64,000 nt of DNA from Verrucomicrobia bacterium GWF2_51_19 (GTDB lineage Bacteria; Verrucomicrobiota; Verrucomicrobiia; Opitutales; UBA12508): the NCBI GenBank assembly GCA_001831095.1, contig MIDP01000011.1, forward strand, positions 5,608 through 69,607, written 5' to 3'. The translations under genes were made by a program, and so were the position numbers. The notes below the pieces were generated by a model. It saw only the letters and a program-made list of their open reading frames with translations. It was not told where the DNA came from and made no database searches. Positions within the stretch are counted from its first letter, which is position 1, and every line of letters starts with the position of its first letter. Of this stretch, positions 1 through 9,829 are shown piece after piece.

Positions 1-373
1 TTTCACCTTCTTCCGAAAAATCCGCCCCACCCTCGGCATTGACGATCGATACCGCGTTGCTCTCGAGTGCAATGTTGAATCGGGCCTTAAGCATCTCGCG
101 GAAAAAGGAGCTGGCCGACTTTTTGCTCTTGTGATCGAACTTCGTTTTGTAGAAAAACTGCTCATCCGGGACGATGCCACACACGACGTGCGCATAGTTT
201 GTTGTGGAAAACGGCAAAAGCGCCTTCAGGCCTTCAATAAACTTGGCTGGCTCACTCGGCAACACCTGCAAGGCCTTCACCGTTGGATGGACAAGCTTGT
301 CGACGACGGCAACCCATGCGTGTTCTCGGTAAAAGAGGATGAAGGCGGCATTCTTTTCCAACAATTTATGCAT
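1..373 (-). CDS. hypothetical protein, N-terminal part (gene runs off the left edge)
   Basis: The reverse-strand frame is open from the ATG at 373..371 down to position 2. My manual translation (MHKLLEKNAAFILFYREHAWVAVVDKLVHPTVKAL...) has no stop. It is absent from the ORF track because there is no stop in the window. It competes with the weaker + ORF 131..382. Confidence 0.45.
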   Translation of the reverse strand, partial: MHKLLEKNAAFILFYREHAWVAVVDKLVHPTVKALQVLPSEPAKFIEGLKALLPFSTTNYAHVVCGIVPDEQFFYKTKFDHKSKKSASSFFREMLKARFNIALESNAVSIVNAEGGADFSEEGE

Positions 374-476
374 GTAAGTTAGGACGGTTTGACGCCCTAA
401 ACGTTAACAGCTGCCGTTGGTAAAAACAAGAATAATTATTTACATTGTACACTTTTTTGTTAGGATTTGACGCACT

Positions 477-971
477 ATGCAACTCAGTCCTAAAGTAGAA
501 CGGGTCCTCAATGACCAAATCAATCACGAATTGACAGCCTTTTACGCCTACATGGCCATGGCCGCTTGGTTCGAGCAAACACCTTACAAGGGCTTTTCCA
601 CCTGGATGCAGGCCCAGAGCAAAGAAGAACTCACTCATGCCGACAAGATATTCCATTATATCTCAGAACGCAACGGTTCCATCAAGCTCAAGGAGATTCC
701 ACTAGACGACTACAGCTTCAAGACACCCCTGTCTGTCTTCGAAGCTGCATTGATCCTGGAAGAATCGACGACGGCCGCCATCCACGACGTCTACGAGCTC
801 TCACTCAAGGAGAAAGACTTCGAAACACAAAACTTTCTCAACTGGTTCCTTAAAGAACAAATCGAAGAAGAATCCTCCGTCCGCGATATGATCGATAAGC
901 TCAAGCTCTCCAATGGCAGCCCAAGTGCGCTTATGCACCTGGACAGCGTTGCTGGGAAAAGGCCTCTGTAA
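477..971 (+). CDS. ftnA: ferritin (bacterial non-haem ferritin)
   Basis: 164-aa ORF with a ferritin-like four-helix signature recognised by eye (LNDQINHELTAFYAYMAMAAWF, EELTHADKIF, NWFLKEQIEEE). Confidence 0.9.
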   Translation: MQLSPKVERVLNDQINHELTAFYAYMAMAAWFEQTPYKGFSTWMQAQSKEELTHADKIFHYISERNGSIKLKEIPLDDYSFKTPLSVFEAALILEESTTAAIHDVYELSLKEKDFETQNFLNWFLKEQIEEESSVRDMIDKLKLSNGSPSALMHLDSVAGKRPL

Positions 972-1084
972 AATGGCCTCTAGCTGCGTTCTCCTTGCTT
1001 GGGCTAGGTCACCTACCTCAAGTAGGCTCCCGTCGCCCACGCTCGTCGGGCCTTGCTATAGGCTCATTTGACAAAGGCCTTTGA
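957..1084. repeat. R1 quasi-palindromic intergenic repeat (solo copy)
   Basis: Sequence aaaaggcctctgtaaaatggcctctagc...gccttgctataggctcatttgacaaaggccttt. Clearly homologous to the R1 copies at 7528-7650, 16780-16900, 31562-31675, 32396-32512 and 41772-41895. Its outer arm covers the ferritin stop codon. Confidence 0.85.
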
Positions 1085-1143
1085 AATAGTAGATTTTGAT
1101 ATAATTATAAAAACTAAAAATTTTTCATCCTGAAAAAGTCTTC

Positions 1144-1374
1144 ATGTTCGATATATCTCTCAGCGCATTTTTCGCCCTCTACTTGTCGGCCTTCTTTTTG
1201 GTCGTGTTCGTTCTGCTGCGCTTCTACGAAGCCCGCTCCACGCGCCTCCACCAAATCCAATGCCAAAAGGTACTCTTCTCCTGTACTCACTGCAATTCCC
1301 TCTATACACACTCCTCCACAGAAATCGCCACTTGCCCACATTGTAAGCACAAAAATATTCGCTTACAGTTCTGA
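1144..1374 (+). CDS. small membrane protein with C-terminal CxxC...CxxC zinc-ribbon
   Basis: 76-aa ORF with an N-terminal hydrophobic helix (FFALYLSAFFLVVFVLL) followed by CTHC-x17-CPHC. No family recognised. Confidence 0.4.
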   Translation: MFDISLSAFFALYLSAFFLVVFVLLRFYEARSTRLHQIQCQKVLFSCTHCNSLYTHSSTEIATCPHCKHKNIRLQF

Positions 1375-1575
1375 GTTTCTCGCGTTTCAATGAAGGCAAT
1401 AAGTTCGTTGTCCATCGGAGTTTGCTTCGGTCGAGCACGCCAGTGCACTCCCTTCAGCAAATCCTCGGACGCCTGCTTCTTGCCTCCCTTGAAACGCGAG
1501 AAATAATAAGAAAAGGGCCAGTCGCGTTTGAGTTTTTTAACGGCAGTTAAAAACCTCAAACGCAATAAGTGGGGT

Positions 1576-1627
1576 CTGGGGGCCGCTGCCCCCAGCGGGG
1601 TCCAGGGCGAGGAGCCCTGGGATTTTT
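1576..1627 (+). terminator. tandem GC-rich hairpins followed by a T-run (terminator/attenuator-like)
   Basis: CTGGGGGC-cgct-GCCCCCAG (1576-1595) and CCAGGG-cgaggag-CCCTGG (1602-1620), followed by gATTTTT. Lies 16 nt upstream of the ATG at 1643. Confidence 0.35.
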
Positions 1628-1642
1628 AAAAAATTTCTCATC

Positions 1643-3418
1643 ATGAAATGGAAAACAACAATTCTCTTAATTTTAGCGAACGTACTGGTTTTCGTATGGA
1701 TATACAAGCGTGGGCATTACACGCACGGGGTAAAATCAGACGAATTCGTATTTGCGCACAAGTTGGAATCGGTTGATTGGTTTGAGATTTCCGGAAAGGC
1801 GTTGCCGCAGAAACGCATATTGAAGCGAGACAGGGACGCGTGGTTGTTGGTTGAGCCTGTACAATGGGCGGCAAACAACTTTGCTGTGTTGCAAATTTTG
1901 TCGCAACTACGTTATTTGGAGAAGGAGGTAAGTTTTTCATTGGAAGATATAAAGGCGTCGGGGCAGACGCTTGAAGATTATGGTTTAGCGGAGCCCTCGT
2001 TGATCATTCGTTTTGGCGACCGCGATCATACGTACGAGTTGCGGGTGGGGCAGCCGGCAAAGATTGGGCAACGAATTTACATTTTCGATCCGGAGACGGA
2101 AAATGTTTTAGTTGTCAGTGAGGCGCTGAGAGACAGCTTGTTGGTGGAATTGGCGGCGTTGAGGGATTACCACGTGATTGCGTTGAAGGCGTTTGACATT
2201 CACGCGGTGAAGGTCAAGAAGGATAACCTGGCTGTCTTTTTAGAAAAGTCAAAAGAGCTTTGGGGCTTCATTGCTCCAATACACACAAAGGCGGACACGA
2301 AGGCCCTCGACGGTGTATTGTCTGACATCGCTGAGAGCAAGGCTGAGGCCTTTATCGACGATTACAAAGATCTCGCCGAGTTCGGGCTCGACACACCTGA
2401 AGTCAAAATCACGTTGCAGGGGCCGCATTCCAAAGAGACGCTGTGTTTGGGCAAGCAGGTGCCGGAAAAGAACCTATTTTACGTCAAAAGAGAGGATGCG
2501 CATTCTGTGTTCACGCTGCCGATTCGGTTATTTGCTCGGCTGCTGTCGGCGCAAGAGGCGTTACGGGACTCCCGTATATGGACTTTCAGCCCAGAGCGAT
2601 TAACCCGCATCGAAATTGCTGGCAAAGACAGGAGCGTCTCGCTGCAGAAGCTCGAAAACGGCCCGTGGCAAGTGTTGGCAGAAAACAAGGCTCACATCGC
2701 GGACGAAGAGGGCATGCGTAATCTCATTCTCTCCTTGCAGGGATTAGAAGCCATCCGCTTTGTCAATGATGCGCCATCGGCTGTCGATTTGACGAAGTTG
2801 GGCTTTGATGAGCCGCGCCGCGAAGTTCGGTTGTCGTTTGTGGAAGAGCAAAAGTGGCTGACATTGACGGGAACTGACGAAAATAACGCGCTCTATGCGA
2901 AGACGAAGGACCTCCCCTTTATCTACGAAGTCCGCCGGTGGATTCTTGACGACCTCAGCTTGAATTCGCTGCACTACCGCAACAAGGTTTTGGAAAAGTT
3001 GCCCGAGGCGGCCAAGGTAGAAAAGGTGGAACTCTTGGATCGCGAAAAGCCCATTTTATCTGTCGAGCTGAAGGATGAGACGGCCTTTGAGGCGCCTGCG
3101 GGCTTTTCAGACAAGGAAAAAGAGGCGCTGTTTACGATTGTCGGTAACTTGCACGAAGTGGAGTGCAAGGAGCTTTTGATGGACAGCTTTAAGCCCCAAT
3201 TTGAGCTGGATGCGTCGACGCCCGTGGAGTGGCGTTACAAGCTGATTGCGACGATCTTCTTGCCAGGCAAAGAGGAGCGCGAGCAAAAGGTCTACTTTTT
3301 ATCAGAACGCCTTGGCGGGACTTTCCAAATCGGCGGATCGATCGAAAAACAATTGACTTTCAGCCTCAAACAAGAGTGGATTGATGCACTGGCTGTGTTA
3401 ATAAAAAAATCATTATGA
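1643..3418 (+). CDS. N-terminally membrane-anchored hypothetical protein (possibly DUF4340-like)
   Basis: 591-aa ORF with a signal-anchor ([17 protein letters not shown]). Its stop overlaps the gmd start (ATGA). The family assignment is a tentative recollection. Confidence 0.7.
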   Translation: MKWKTTILLILANVLVFVWIYKRGHYTHGVKSDEFVFAHKLESVDWFEISGKALPQKRILKRDRDAWLLVEPVQWAANNFAVLQILSQLRYLEKEVSFSLEDIKASGQTLEDYGLAEPSLIIRFGDRDHTYELRVGQPAKIGQRIYIFDPETENVLVVSEALRDSLLVELAALRDYHVIALKAFDIHAVKVKKDNLAVFLEKSKELWGFIAPIHTKADTKALDGVLSDIAESKAEAFIDDYKDLAEFGLDTPEVKITLQGPHSKETLCLGKQVPEKNLFYVKREDAHSVFTLPIRLFARLLSAQEALRDSRIWTFSPERLTRIEIAGKDRSVSLQKLENGPWQVLAENKAHIADEEGMRNLILSLQGLEAIRFVNDAPSAVDLTKLGFDEPRREVRLSFVEEQKWLTLTGTDENNALYAKTKDLPFIYEVRRWILDDLSLNSLHYRNKVLEKLPEAAKVEKVELLDREKPILSVELKDETAFEAPAGFSDKEKEALFTIVGNLHEVECKELLMDSFKPQFELDASTPVEWRYKLIATIFLPGKEEREQKVYFLSERLGGTFQIGGSIEKQLTFSLKQEWIDALAVLIKKSL

Positions 3419-4428
3419 AAAAAGCACTGATAACAGGTATAACGGGCCAAGACGGGTCGTATTTAGCAGAACTTCTTTTGGAAAAAGGCTATGAGGTTCA
3501 CGGCATCATTCGTCGTGCATCCAACTTCAATACGGCGCGTATCGATCACCTCTATCAGGATCCGCACACCAAAAATAACCACCTTTACCTCCATTACGGC
3601 GATCTCGCCGATGCTGCCAACCTGACCAAGTTGATTTACAACATCCAGCCAGACGAGATTTACCACCTGGGCGCGCAGAGCCACGTTCGCGTATCTTTCG
3701 ACATTCCTGAGTACACGGCGGACGTCGTTGGCCTCGGAACCACGCGTATTTTGGAGGCGATTCGCGATGTCGGTTTTGCGAAAAAGACGCGTTTTTATCA
3801 GGCATCTTCGTCGGAAATGTACGGTAAAGTCATGGAGGTCCCGCAAACGGAGGTAACGCCGTTTTACCCGCGTTCGCCATATGCCTGTGCGAAAGTGTAC
3901 GCTTATCATCTGACTGTTAACTACCGTGAGGCCTACGGGTTGCACGCCAGCAACGGCATATTGTTCAATCACGAGTCTCCAAGAAGGACGGAAACCTTTG
4001 TCACGCGAAAGATCACGCGCGCCGCAACACGCATAAAGGTGGGCTTACAAGAAAAGCTTTACCTCGGTAACCTCAACGCAAAGCGCGACTGGGGCTACGC
4101 GAAGGAGTACGTCGAGGCGATGTGGCTCATTGTGCAACAAGACCAGCCCAACGATTATGTCATCGCGACGAACGAAACACACTCGGTCCGCGAGTTCTGT
4201 GAAGAAGCTTTTGGCCATCTCGGTCTCGATTGGGAACAGTATGTCGAATACGACAAGCATTACGATCGTCCCACCGAGGTCGACCTCCTCATCGGCAATG
4301 CAGCCAAAGCGAAAAAAATCCTCAATTGGGAGCCCCGTGTTCGCTTCAAGGAGCTTGTCGATATTATGGTGAAAGAGGACCTAAAGTTAGCCGAAATCGA
4401 AAAGGCCTACCGCGACATCCGCTCGTAA
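3415..4428 (+). CDS. gmd: GDP-mannose 4,6-dehydratase
   Basis: 337 aa with the canonical N-terminus [39 protein letters not shown] and the SDR YxxxK region (YACAKVYAY). Confidence 0.95.
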   Translation: MKKALITGITGQDGSYLAELLLEKGYEVHGIIRRASNFNTARIDHLYQDPHTKNNHLYLHYGDLADAANLTKLIYNIQPDEIYHLGAQSHVRVSFDIPEYTADVVGLGTTRILEAIRDVGFAKKTRFYQASSSEMYGKVMEVPQTEVTPFYPRSPYACAKVYAYHLTVNYREAYGLHASNGILFNHESPRRTETFVTRKITRAATRIKVGLQEKLYLGNLNAKRDWGYAKEYVEAMWLIVQQDQPNDYVIATNETHSVREFCEEAFGHLGLDWEQYVEYDKHYDRPTEVDLLIGNAAKAKKILNWEPRVRFKELVDIMVKEDLKLAEIEKAYRDIRS

Positions 4429-4467
4429 AGGCTTCTTTTTTGATATAGTTATCACATGCATTTTTGC

Positions 4468-4774
4468 CCTCAATCATTAGCGAAGAACAAGTCATATCGG
4501 TTGAGTTGCCTGTATAGTTGAGGCCTGCATTGTCATGAGTGTTCTAATTTAAATTTCACCAAATGGTGAGAACGCTCTCCTGAATTTTTAATCGGTCCGC
4601 GTCTGCAAGACGCCCTCGATGCGCCGTTAGAGAGCTCGGCGGGTCTATGGAGCCTTTTGTGGCGCACTCCTTCTGCATCCGAGAGCGGCTATGGCTGTAA
4701 AAACAAGAGCTTAAAATGAATTTGTCGCTGTTTTAGATAAAATACTCGGTTATAGTATTTTTATAAAAAGTCAA
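4468..4774 (-). ncRNA. candidate outward transcript H1 (leader X, long tail)
   Basis: Minus-strand TTGACT at 4774..4769, a 14-nt spacer, then TATAAC at 4754..4749. Followed by the conserved core, hairpin GCGTCT-gca-AGACGC (4599-4613), TCACC-attt-GGTGA, and the terminus. Transcription is inferred, not shown. Confidence 0.3.
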
Positions 4775-4971
4775 GCTTTTTCGTAAAAATTTTCGGCGTG
4801 GCGTAATCTTTCATAAGCTTTAAATAATCAACAAGCATAAGCCTCGATTTCCGCATACTGTGCCGCAATTAGACTGTCGGCGTAGCCCAACTGCGTTGAT
4901 GCTGCGTTTGGAGTTGATGTACAGTTACTTTAGGCTCCGAGTACGGCCTCGACGATTTATTACGAAAAAGC

Positions 4972-5195
4972 TTGACTTTTTATTTAAAAAATATAACAGA
5001 CATTAAATATAAAAATTAATATATAAAACTCAACATCAACCTCCATTATTTTTTTAAAATCAGAAAAAGCCGCTCACGTAGTGCAGAAGGAGTGCGCCAC
5101 AAAAGGCTCCATGGACCCGCCGAGCTCTCTAACGGCGCATCCAGGGCGCATCGGAAAACCGATGCGCGATCATAAAATTTCGCTAATGATTGAGG
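4972..5195 (+). ncRNA. candidate outward transcript H2 (leader Y, short tail)
   Basis: TTGACT 4972-4977, 14 nt, TATAAC 4992-4997. Followed by the core and the perfect hairpin GCGCATCGG-aaaa-CCGATGCGC (5146-5167), 13 nt before the terminus. Confidence 0.3.
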
Positions 5196-5295
5196 ATTTT
5201 TGAATCCACTGCTGTTTTTTTGCTTGCGTGTAAAGGTATTGCGAGGCATATTCGTATAAACTGGAATGCAATTCCATTTTTTACGATTTTAAAAT

Positions 5296-6498
5296 ATGTA
5301 CACACGCATACTTACCCGAACCATTCAGAGAGTCAGCAAACAATTCCCTATATTGATGCTTACAGGGCCGCGTCAAGTAGGGAAAACGACACTTTTTGAG
5401 ATGTGTGCCGAAGGGGCTCGCAATTATGTGACGTTGGATGATATGGACGCAAGAAGTCTCGCGCAAAGAGATCCCAAGCTTTTTTTGCAAACGTATACTT
5501 ATCCACTCATCATTGATGAGGTACAATACGCCCCTCAACTGTTCAGTGCCATCAAGATAATTGTCGATCGCGAGAAAAAAAACGGGCTCTTTTGGCTCAC
5601 GGGCTCACAGAAATACGCTCTGATGAAGGGAGTGACGGAGAGCTTGGCGGGTCGCGTCGCAATTTTGGACCTTTTGGGCCTCTCTCAATCGGAGCGAGAG
5701 GGTCGAGACAGTCAGCCTTTTCTTCCGACCAAGAATTGGGTTGAGGCAAACAGGGCTGATGCTCCTTCACTCCAGGACATCTACAAGCGCATTTGGGAGG
5801 GATCTTTCCCGCGAGTGTGTGAAAGCGGCGAGCGAGACATTTTTTATCATTCGTATATTCAGACTTATTTGCAGCGAGATGTTCCCGATGTTTTAGGGGT
5901 TCATAATGCAGTGTCATTTTATAAGTTTTTGAGTGCAATTGCAGCCCGAACTGGGCAAATGCTCAATTACACTGATCTCGCCAGGGATGTCGGTATTGAC
6001 AATAAAACGGCGAAAGCTTGGCTTTCCGTGCTGCAAACATCGGGCTTGGTTTATTTATTGGAGCCGTATTATGCGAATGTGACAAAAAGGCTGATAAAGG
6101 CGCCCAAAATATATTTTTTAGATACGGGCCTGTGTTGTTATTTGACGAAATGGCCAACGCCAGAGTCCCTGGAGGCGGGTGCGATGTCAGGTGCTATTTT
6201 GGAAACGTATCTGTTTATAGAAATACTCAAAAGCTATTGGCACAATGGCCTAGAGGCCCATTTTTACTATTATCGCGACGCCGACAAAAGAGAGATCGAC
6301 CTCCTCATCGACTCCGGTAATATGCTCTATCCTATCGAGTTCAAAAAGACGGCGACCCCCTCTCATACGGCTTCACAACATTTTCATGTCCTTCAACAAC
6401 TGTCAAAAGAGGTGGGGCCTGGAGCTGTTTTATGTTTAGTTGAAAAGGCCATTCCGCTCTCTGAAACCGTGATGGCTATTCCACTTTCCTATTTATAG
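5296..6498 (+). CDS. AAA+ ATPase with C-terminal DUF4143-type domain
   Basis: 400 aa with Walker A LTGPRQVGKTTL and Walker B LIIDEVQ. The overall layout is typical of the AAA_14/DUF4143 ATP-binding proteins. Confidence 0.85.
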   Translation: MYTRILTRTIQRVSKQFPILMLTGPRQVGKTTLFEMCAEGARNYVTLDDMDARSLAQRDPKLFLQTYTYPLIIDEVQYAPQLFSAIKIIVDREKKNGLFWLTGSQKYALMKGVTESLAGRVAILDLLGLSQSEREGRDSQPFLPTKNWVEANRADAPSLQDIYKRIWEGSFPRVCESGERDIFYHSYIQTYLQRDVPDVLGVHNAVSFYKFLSAIAARTGQMLNYTDLARDVGIDNKTAKAWLSVLQTSGLVYLLEPYYANVTKRLIKAPKIYFLDTGLCCYLTKWPTPESLEAGAMSGAILETYLFIEILKSYWHNGLEAHFYYYRDADKREIDLLIDSGNMLYPIEFKKTATPSHTASQHFHVLQQLSKEVGPGAVLCLVEKAIPLSETVMAIPLSYL

Positions 6499-6549
6499 AA
6501 GTGGGCTATCCACGGTTTTGGCATGGAGTGTGCTTAAAAGTATAACGTC

Positions 6550-6930
6550 ATGATCGACGGTTTATACAATCAAGAGGCATACAACGCCGCCAAAAAGATG
6601 ATGGAGTTGGCCGTGCAGAAGCACGAGGCGTATGCGAACAACCTGGCTAATATGGAAACGCCTGGTTACAAGCGGGTTGAGATCGATACAAATTTTCAAT
6701 CAAAGCTCCAAGAGGCGGTCAAAAATGGCGACATCAAGACACTTCAGACACTTCAGCCGAAGTTTGTAAAAGATGTCAAGACGCCGCAAGTGCGCGCCGA
6801 TGGCAACAACGTTGAGTTGGACCGCGAGCTGTTGCACATCAAGCAAAACGCCCTCGAGCACGAATTGGCTGCCAAAGTCATGAGCTCGTCATTGAGTCGG
6901 CTAAAACTCGCCATCAAAGGAAGACAATAA
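6550..6930 (+). CDS. flgB: flagellar basal-body rod protein FlgB
   Basis: 126 aa with the rod-protein N-terminal motif NNLANMETPGYKR. Immediately precedes flgC. Confidence 0.9.
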   Translation: MIDGLYNQEAYNAAKKMMELAVQKHEAYANNLANMETPGYKRVEIDTNFQSKLQEAVKNGDIKTLQTLQPKFVKDVKTPQVRADGNNVELDRELLHIKQNALEHELAAKVMSSSLSRLKLAIKGRQ

Positions 6931-6933
6931 TTT

Positions 6934-7353
6934 ATGAATATAATGCCTGGAATCGAATCCACATCGAGCGCTTTGGCGGCCGAAAAGCTGCGGTTGAATT
7001 TGATCGCGCAAAACATCGCCAACGCGCAGACGACAAAAGACGTCAATGGTCAGGCGTACAAGCGCAAGTATGCTGTCTTTGAGGCCTACATGACGCCGGA
7101 ACAAGCGGCCCCTGGTATCGATACGCAAGGAGTGCGCGTCAGTGGAGTCAAGGAAGACATGACGCCCGGGTTAAAAATTTTCAATCCGCAACACCCGCAT
7201 GCTGACAAAAACGGCATGGTGGAGTACCCCAACGTCCAGTTATCGAACGAGATGGTGGACATGATCATGGCCTCTCGCGCCTACGAAGCCAACCTGAACG
7301 TCGTTAAAACTTCTTATCAGATGGCTCAACAGGCGCTCAATCTTGGCAAGTAA
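6934..7353 (+). CDS. flgC: flagellar basal-body rod protein FlgC
   Basis: 139 aa with NLIAQNIANAQTT and the C-terminal VDMIMASRAYEANLNVVKT motif. Confidence 0.92.
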   Translation: MNIMPGIESTSSALAAEKLRLNLIAQNIANAQTTKDVNGQAYKRKYAVFEAYMTPEQAAPGIDTQGVRVSGVKEDMTPGLKIFNPQHPHADKNGMVEYPNVQLSNEMVDMIMASRAYEANLNVVKTSYQMAQQALNLGK

Positions 7354-7371
7354 CCTGCTTAATAAAGAACT

Positions 7372-7650
7372 ATGCAAAATACCGTGAAAGCTCGTTTCGC
7401 GCTCCGTCGTCTGCCTCACGTACGTCTATGTACGCTACGGCAGCTCGTACTCGCGCAAAGCCAGGCTTTGACGCCATTTTTCACAGCTCTTTATTTATCA
7501 ATGATTTTATATTTTTACAAGAAAGGTAAGACCGCTGCAAAATGCGCCTATAGCCAGGCCCGAGGAGCGAGGGCGACAGGAGCCTACTTAAGGTAGGTGA
7601 CTTAGCCCGAACGACGAGAACGCCGCTAGAGGACATTTTGCAATGGTCTT
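7372..7650 (+). repeat. R2-linker-R1 composite repeat (C1)
   Basis: R2 (atgcaaaataccgtgaaagctcgtttcgcgc...catttttcacag) starts 18 nt after the flgC stop. It is followed by an AT-rich linker and R1 (7528-7650). The track ORF 7372..7596 is its translation. Confidence 0.9.
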
Positions 7651-7659
7651 AAGAATACT

Positions 7660-8079
7660 ATGGACATTGCATCAATCAGTCAAATAACCCCCGATGTCAA
7701 CAAGATCGGGATGGGTTCGTTTGCGCGTGATCTTTTGGGAAGTTTTGAAAAGGCCGATGTGGGCTTTGACCAGGTAATGTCGAAGACAGCCGATGTTGGT
7801 AACGCCCTGGCAAAACCGATTTCGATTGAGGTCAATACAGCCGATGTCAAACAGAAAGCCCCAAGCATTGGTAGTCTCTTTGACGACCTTATTCACTCCG
7901 TTGACGACAAGAGCAAAGAGAGCTCCGAGGCTCTCAAACAGGCTTTCAGCGGGCAATCGTCCAATCTCCACCAGACGATGATCGCCATGCAGGAATCCGA
8001 AGTCGCTTTTACTCTCATGTTGGAAGTCCGCAATAAGCTCGTTGAGGGCTTTCAGGAACTCATGAAGATGAGTGTATAA
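7660..8079 (+). CDS. fliE: flagellar hook-basal body complex protein FliE
   Basis: The C-terminus AMQESEVAFTLMLEVRNKLVEGFQELMKM is typical of FliE. 139 aa is long for FliE, so the true start may be an internal Met. Confidence 0.8.
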   Translation: MDIASISQITPDVNKIGMGSFARDLLGSFEKADVGFDQVMSKTADVGNALAKPISIEVNTADVKQKAPSIGSLFDDLIHSVDDKSKESSEALKQAFSGQSSNLHQTMIAMQESEVAFTLMLEVRNKLVEGFQELMKMSV

Positions 8080-9598
8080 TATGAACTTTTTAGAACAAAT
8101 CAAACAACTGTGGAAGGATCTGGGATTCAATCAAAAGATCTCGATCTTTGTGTCGTTTGTATTCGTTGCAACCTGTATGATTGCACTGTTGATGTGGGCT
8201 GGTAAGCCGCAGATGCAGTTGTTGTACGGCGGAATCGAGTCAAAGGACATGTCGCAGATTGTTACGATGTTGGAATCGCAGAGCATTCCTTACAAGGTTG
8301 GTCCTGGAGGCTCATCGATTTTGGTTCCGCAGGATAAGGTCTATTCTTTGAGAATGGACTTGGCGGCCAAGGGCATTCCAAATGGGGGAGGCGTTGGTTT
8401 TGAGGTTTTTGACAAGAGCAATTTCGGTATCAGCGACTTTGTACAACGGACCAACTACATACGCGCGATTCAGGGTGAGTTGTCGAGGACAATCGCCCAG
8501 TTAAACAGTGTGCGCGAGGCCCGTGTAATGATAGTAATGCCTGAAAACAGGCTGTTGTCGGAGCAATCGAAAATCAAGGCAACGGCGTCTGTCTTTGTCG
8601 ACACGGGTGGAATGACCTTGCGCGAAGACGAGATTAACGCCATTCGCTTTCTCGTTGCCAACGCGGTTGAAGGCCTGAGCGCCAACGACGTTGCAGTGGT
8701 CGACAACAAGGGCAATGTGTTGTCGCAGGAGATGCAGTCCGATGGCACTTTCGGTGCAGCCACGAGCCAATTGCGTTATCGGCGCAACCTCGAAGAGTAT
8801 TTTGCAAAGAAAATAGAGAGCATGTTGTCCCGTATCGTAGGCCCTGGAAATGCCGTGGCACGCGTCTCGGTCGAGGTCGAGACGGACACATCGACTATGG
8901 TAGCTGAAACCTTTGACCCGGAAAGTCAAGTTGTGCGTTCACAGACCGTTACAGAGACGTCGACGAGTACAACGGCGTCTCAGGCCGGCCAAGCTCCTGG
9001 AGTCCAGGCCAACACGCCCGCGGAAACCACTAGCACAGGTACAGGCAACAACAATGCGTCCAAAGAGTCGCAAAAGAACAAGACGATCGCCTACGACATC
9101 AACAAGACGCGTTCAGAGCGCATCCAGGCTCCAGGAGCTATCAAGAGGATGAGTGCCTCGGTCTTTATCGACAAGGCGGCAGAAGTTGCCGGGTCAGAAG
9201 AGCAACTCAAGAAAGTCAAGGTCATGGTTGCCAACGCCCTTGGCCTTCCTTCTGACAGCAAAGACGTCACCATTGAGGCCGTCGCCTTTCACAAGATGGA
9301 AGAAAAGCCCGACAGCATGATGAATTTGCCTGTCCCGCTCGTCCGATGGATGGAGTTGGCCCGCAACTTCATCGCGGTTGGCATTGCGATCGTCATGTTT
9401 GCCGTCTTTCTCCGTCTGCTGAAGAAGAGCAAGCCCGAAAGCTTTTCGCTCGAAATGGTCGACAATGGCCCCAAAATGCTCCTCTCGCAGGAAAATGCAA
9501 CGCGGACGACGCCCGACTTACTCAACGAGCTCATCCGCCAAAAGCCAGAAAACGTAAGCACAGCCCTAAAGGACTGGGTTAACACCAACCAACAATAA
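8072..9598 (+). CDS. fliF: flagellar M-ring protein FliF
   Basis: 508 aa with an N-terminal TM segment, the YscJ/FliF-type region (RTNYIRAIQGELSRTI, REARVMIV) and a C-terminal TM segment. Position between fliE and fliG. Confidence 0.92.
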   Translation: MYNMNFLEQIKQLWKDLGFNQKISIFVSFVFVATCMIALLMWAGKPQMQLLYGGIESKDMSQIVTMLESQSIPYKVGPGGSSILVPQDKVYSLRMDLAAKGIPNGGGVGFEVFDKSNFGISDFVQRTNYIRAIQGELSRTIAQLNSVREARVMIVMPENRLLSEQSKIKATASVFVDTGGMTLREDEINAIRFLVANAVEGLSANDVAVVDNKGNVLSQEMQSDGTFGAATSQLRYRRNLEEYFAKKIESMLSRIVGPGNAVARVSVEVETDTSTMVAETFDPESQVVRSQTVTETSTSTTASQAGQAPGVQANTPAETTSTGTGNNNASKESQKNKTIAYDINKTRSERIQAPGAIKRMSASVFIDKAAEVAGSEEQLKKVKVMVANALGLPSDSKDVTIEAVAFHKMEEKPDSMMNLPVPLVRWMELARNFIAVGIAIVMFAVFLRLLKKSKPESFSLEMVDNGPKMLLSQENATRTTPDLLNELIRQKPENVSTALKDWVNTNQQ

Positions 9599-9604
9599 AA
9601 ACCT

Positions 9605-9826
9605 ATGCAAAATGCCGTGAAAGCTCGTTTCGCGCTCCGCCTCCTGGCTCACGTACCATCGTACGCTACGCCAGCTCGTGCTCGCGCAAAGCCAAGCTTT
9701 GACGTCATTTTTCACAGGTTTTTATGGATCAATGATTTACATTTTATTAGAAAGGTAAGGCCGTTTGAAAATGTACATCAAAACTCGAGTGACGATAACG
9801 CAGCAGACATTTTACAAAGGTCTTAA
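9605..9826 (+). repeat. R2-linker-(degenerate R1) composite repeat (C2)
   Basis: Starts 6 nt after the fliF stop and is homologous to C1. Stem CTGGC...GCCAG replaces the CTGCC...GGCAG of C1. The track ORF 9605..9826 is its translation. Confidence 0.9.
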
Positions 9827-9829
9827 CTT

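Larger units (their letters stand above)
4468..5195. repeat. A-element copy A1 (728 bp; putative non-autonomous mobile element)
   Basis: Termini are cctCAATCATTAGCGA (4468-4483) and TCGCTAATGATTGagg (5180-5195). The mirror-image arms share the core ...gatgcgccgttagagagctcggcgggtctatggagcc..ggcgcactccttctgc. The central region is a degenerate single repeat. Flanked by ATTTTTG on both sides. Confidence 0.9.

Noticed and set aside
131-382. 83-aa plus-strand ORF at the left edge
   Set aside because: It overlaps the longer open reverse-strand frame (1..373) whose translation looks more protein-like. Neither has a recognised family, and the plus ORF is judged the less likely.
1302-1565. 87-aa minus-strand ORF overlapping the 3' end of the small zinc-ribbon gene
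   Set aside because: No recognisable family, a 73-nt overlap with ORF 1144..1374, and no clear RBS. I cannot decide which of the two is real, so it is left unannotated.
4765-4781. AAAAAGTCAAGCTTTTT boxes considered as intrinsic terminators or as a palindromic operator
   Set aside because: The only possible stem (AAAAAG/CTTTTT) is 6 A-T-rich bp around a 5-nt loop, which is too weak for a terminator, and the box is not a true palindrome. The conserved TTGACT-N14-TATAAT reading on the opposite strand explains the conservation better, although it remains tentative.
7372-7596. Small ORFs starting MQN(T/A)VKARFALRRL (7372..7596, 9605..9826) and MRFALRRLPHV (43732..44061)
   Set aside because: They coincide with the R2-linker-R1 repeats. 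Similarity between copies is at the nucleotide level with stem-compensating rather than synonymous changes, and reading frames are not preserved across copies.
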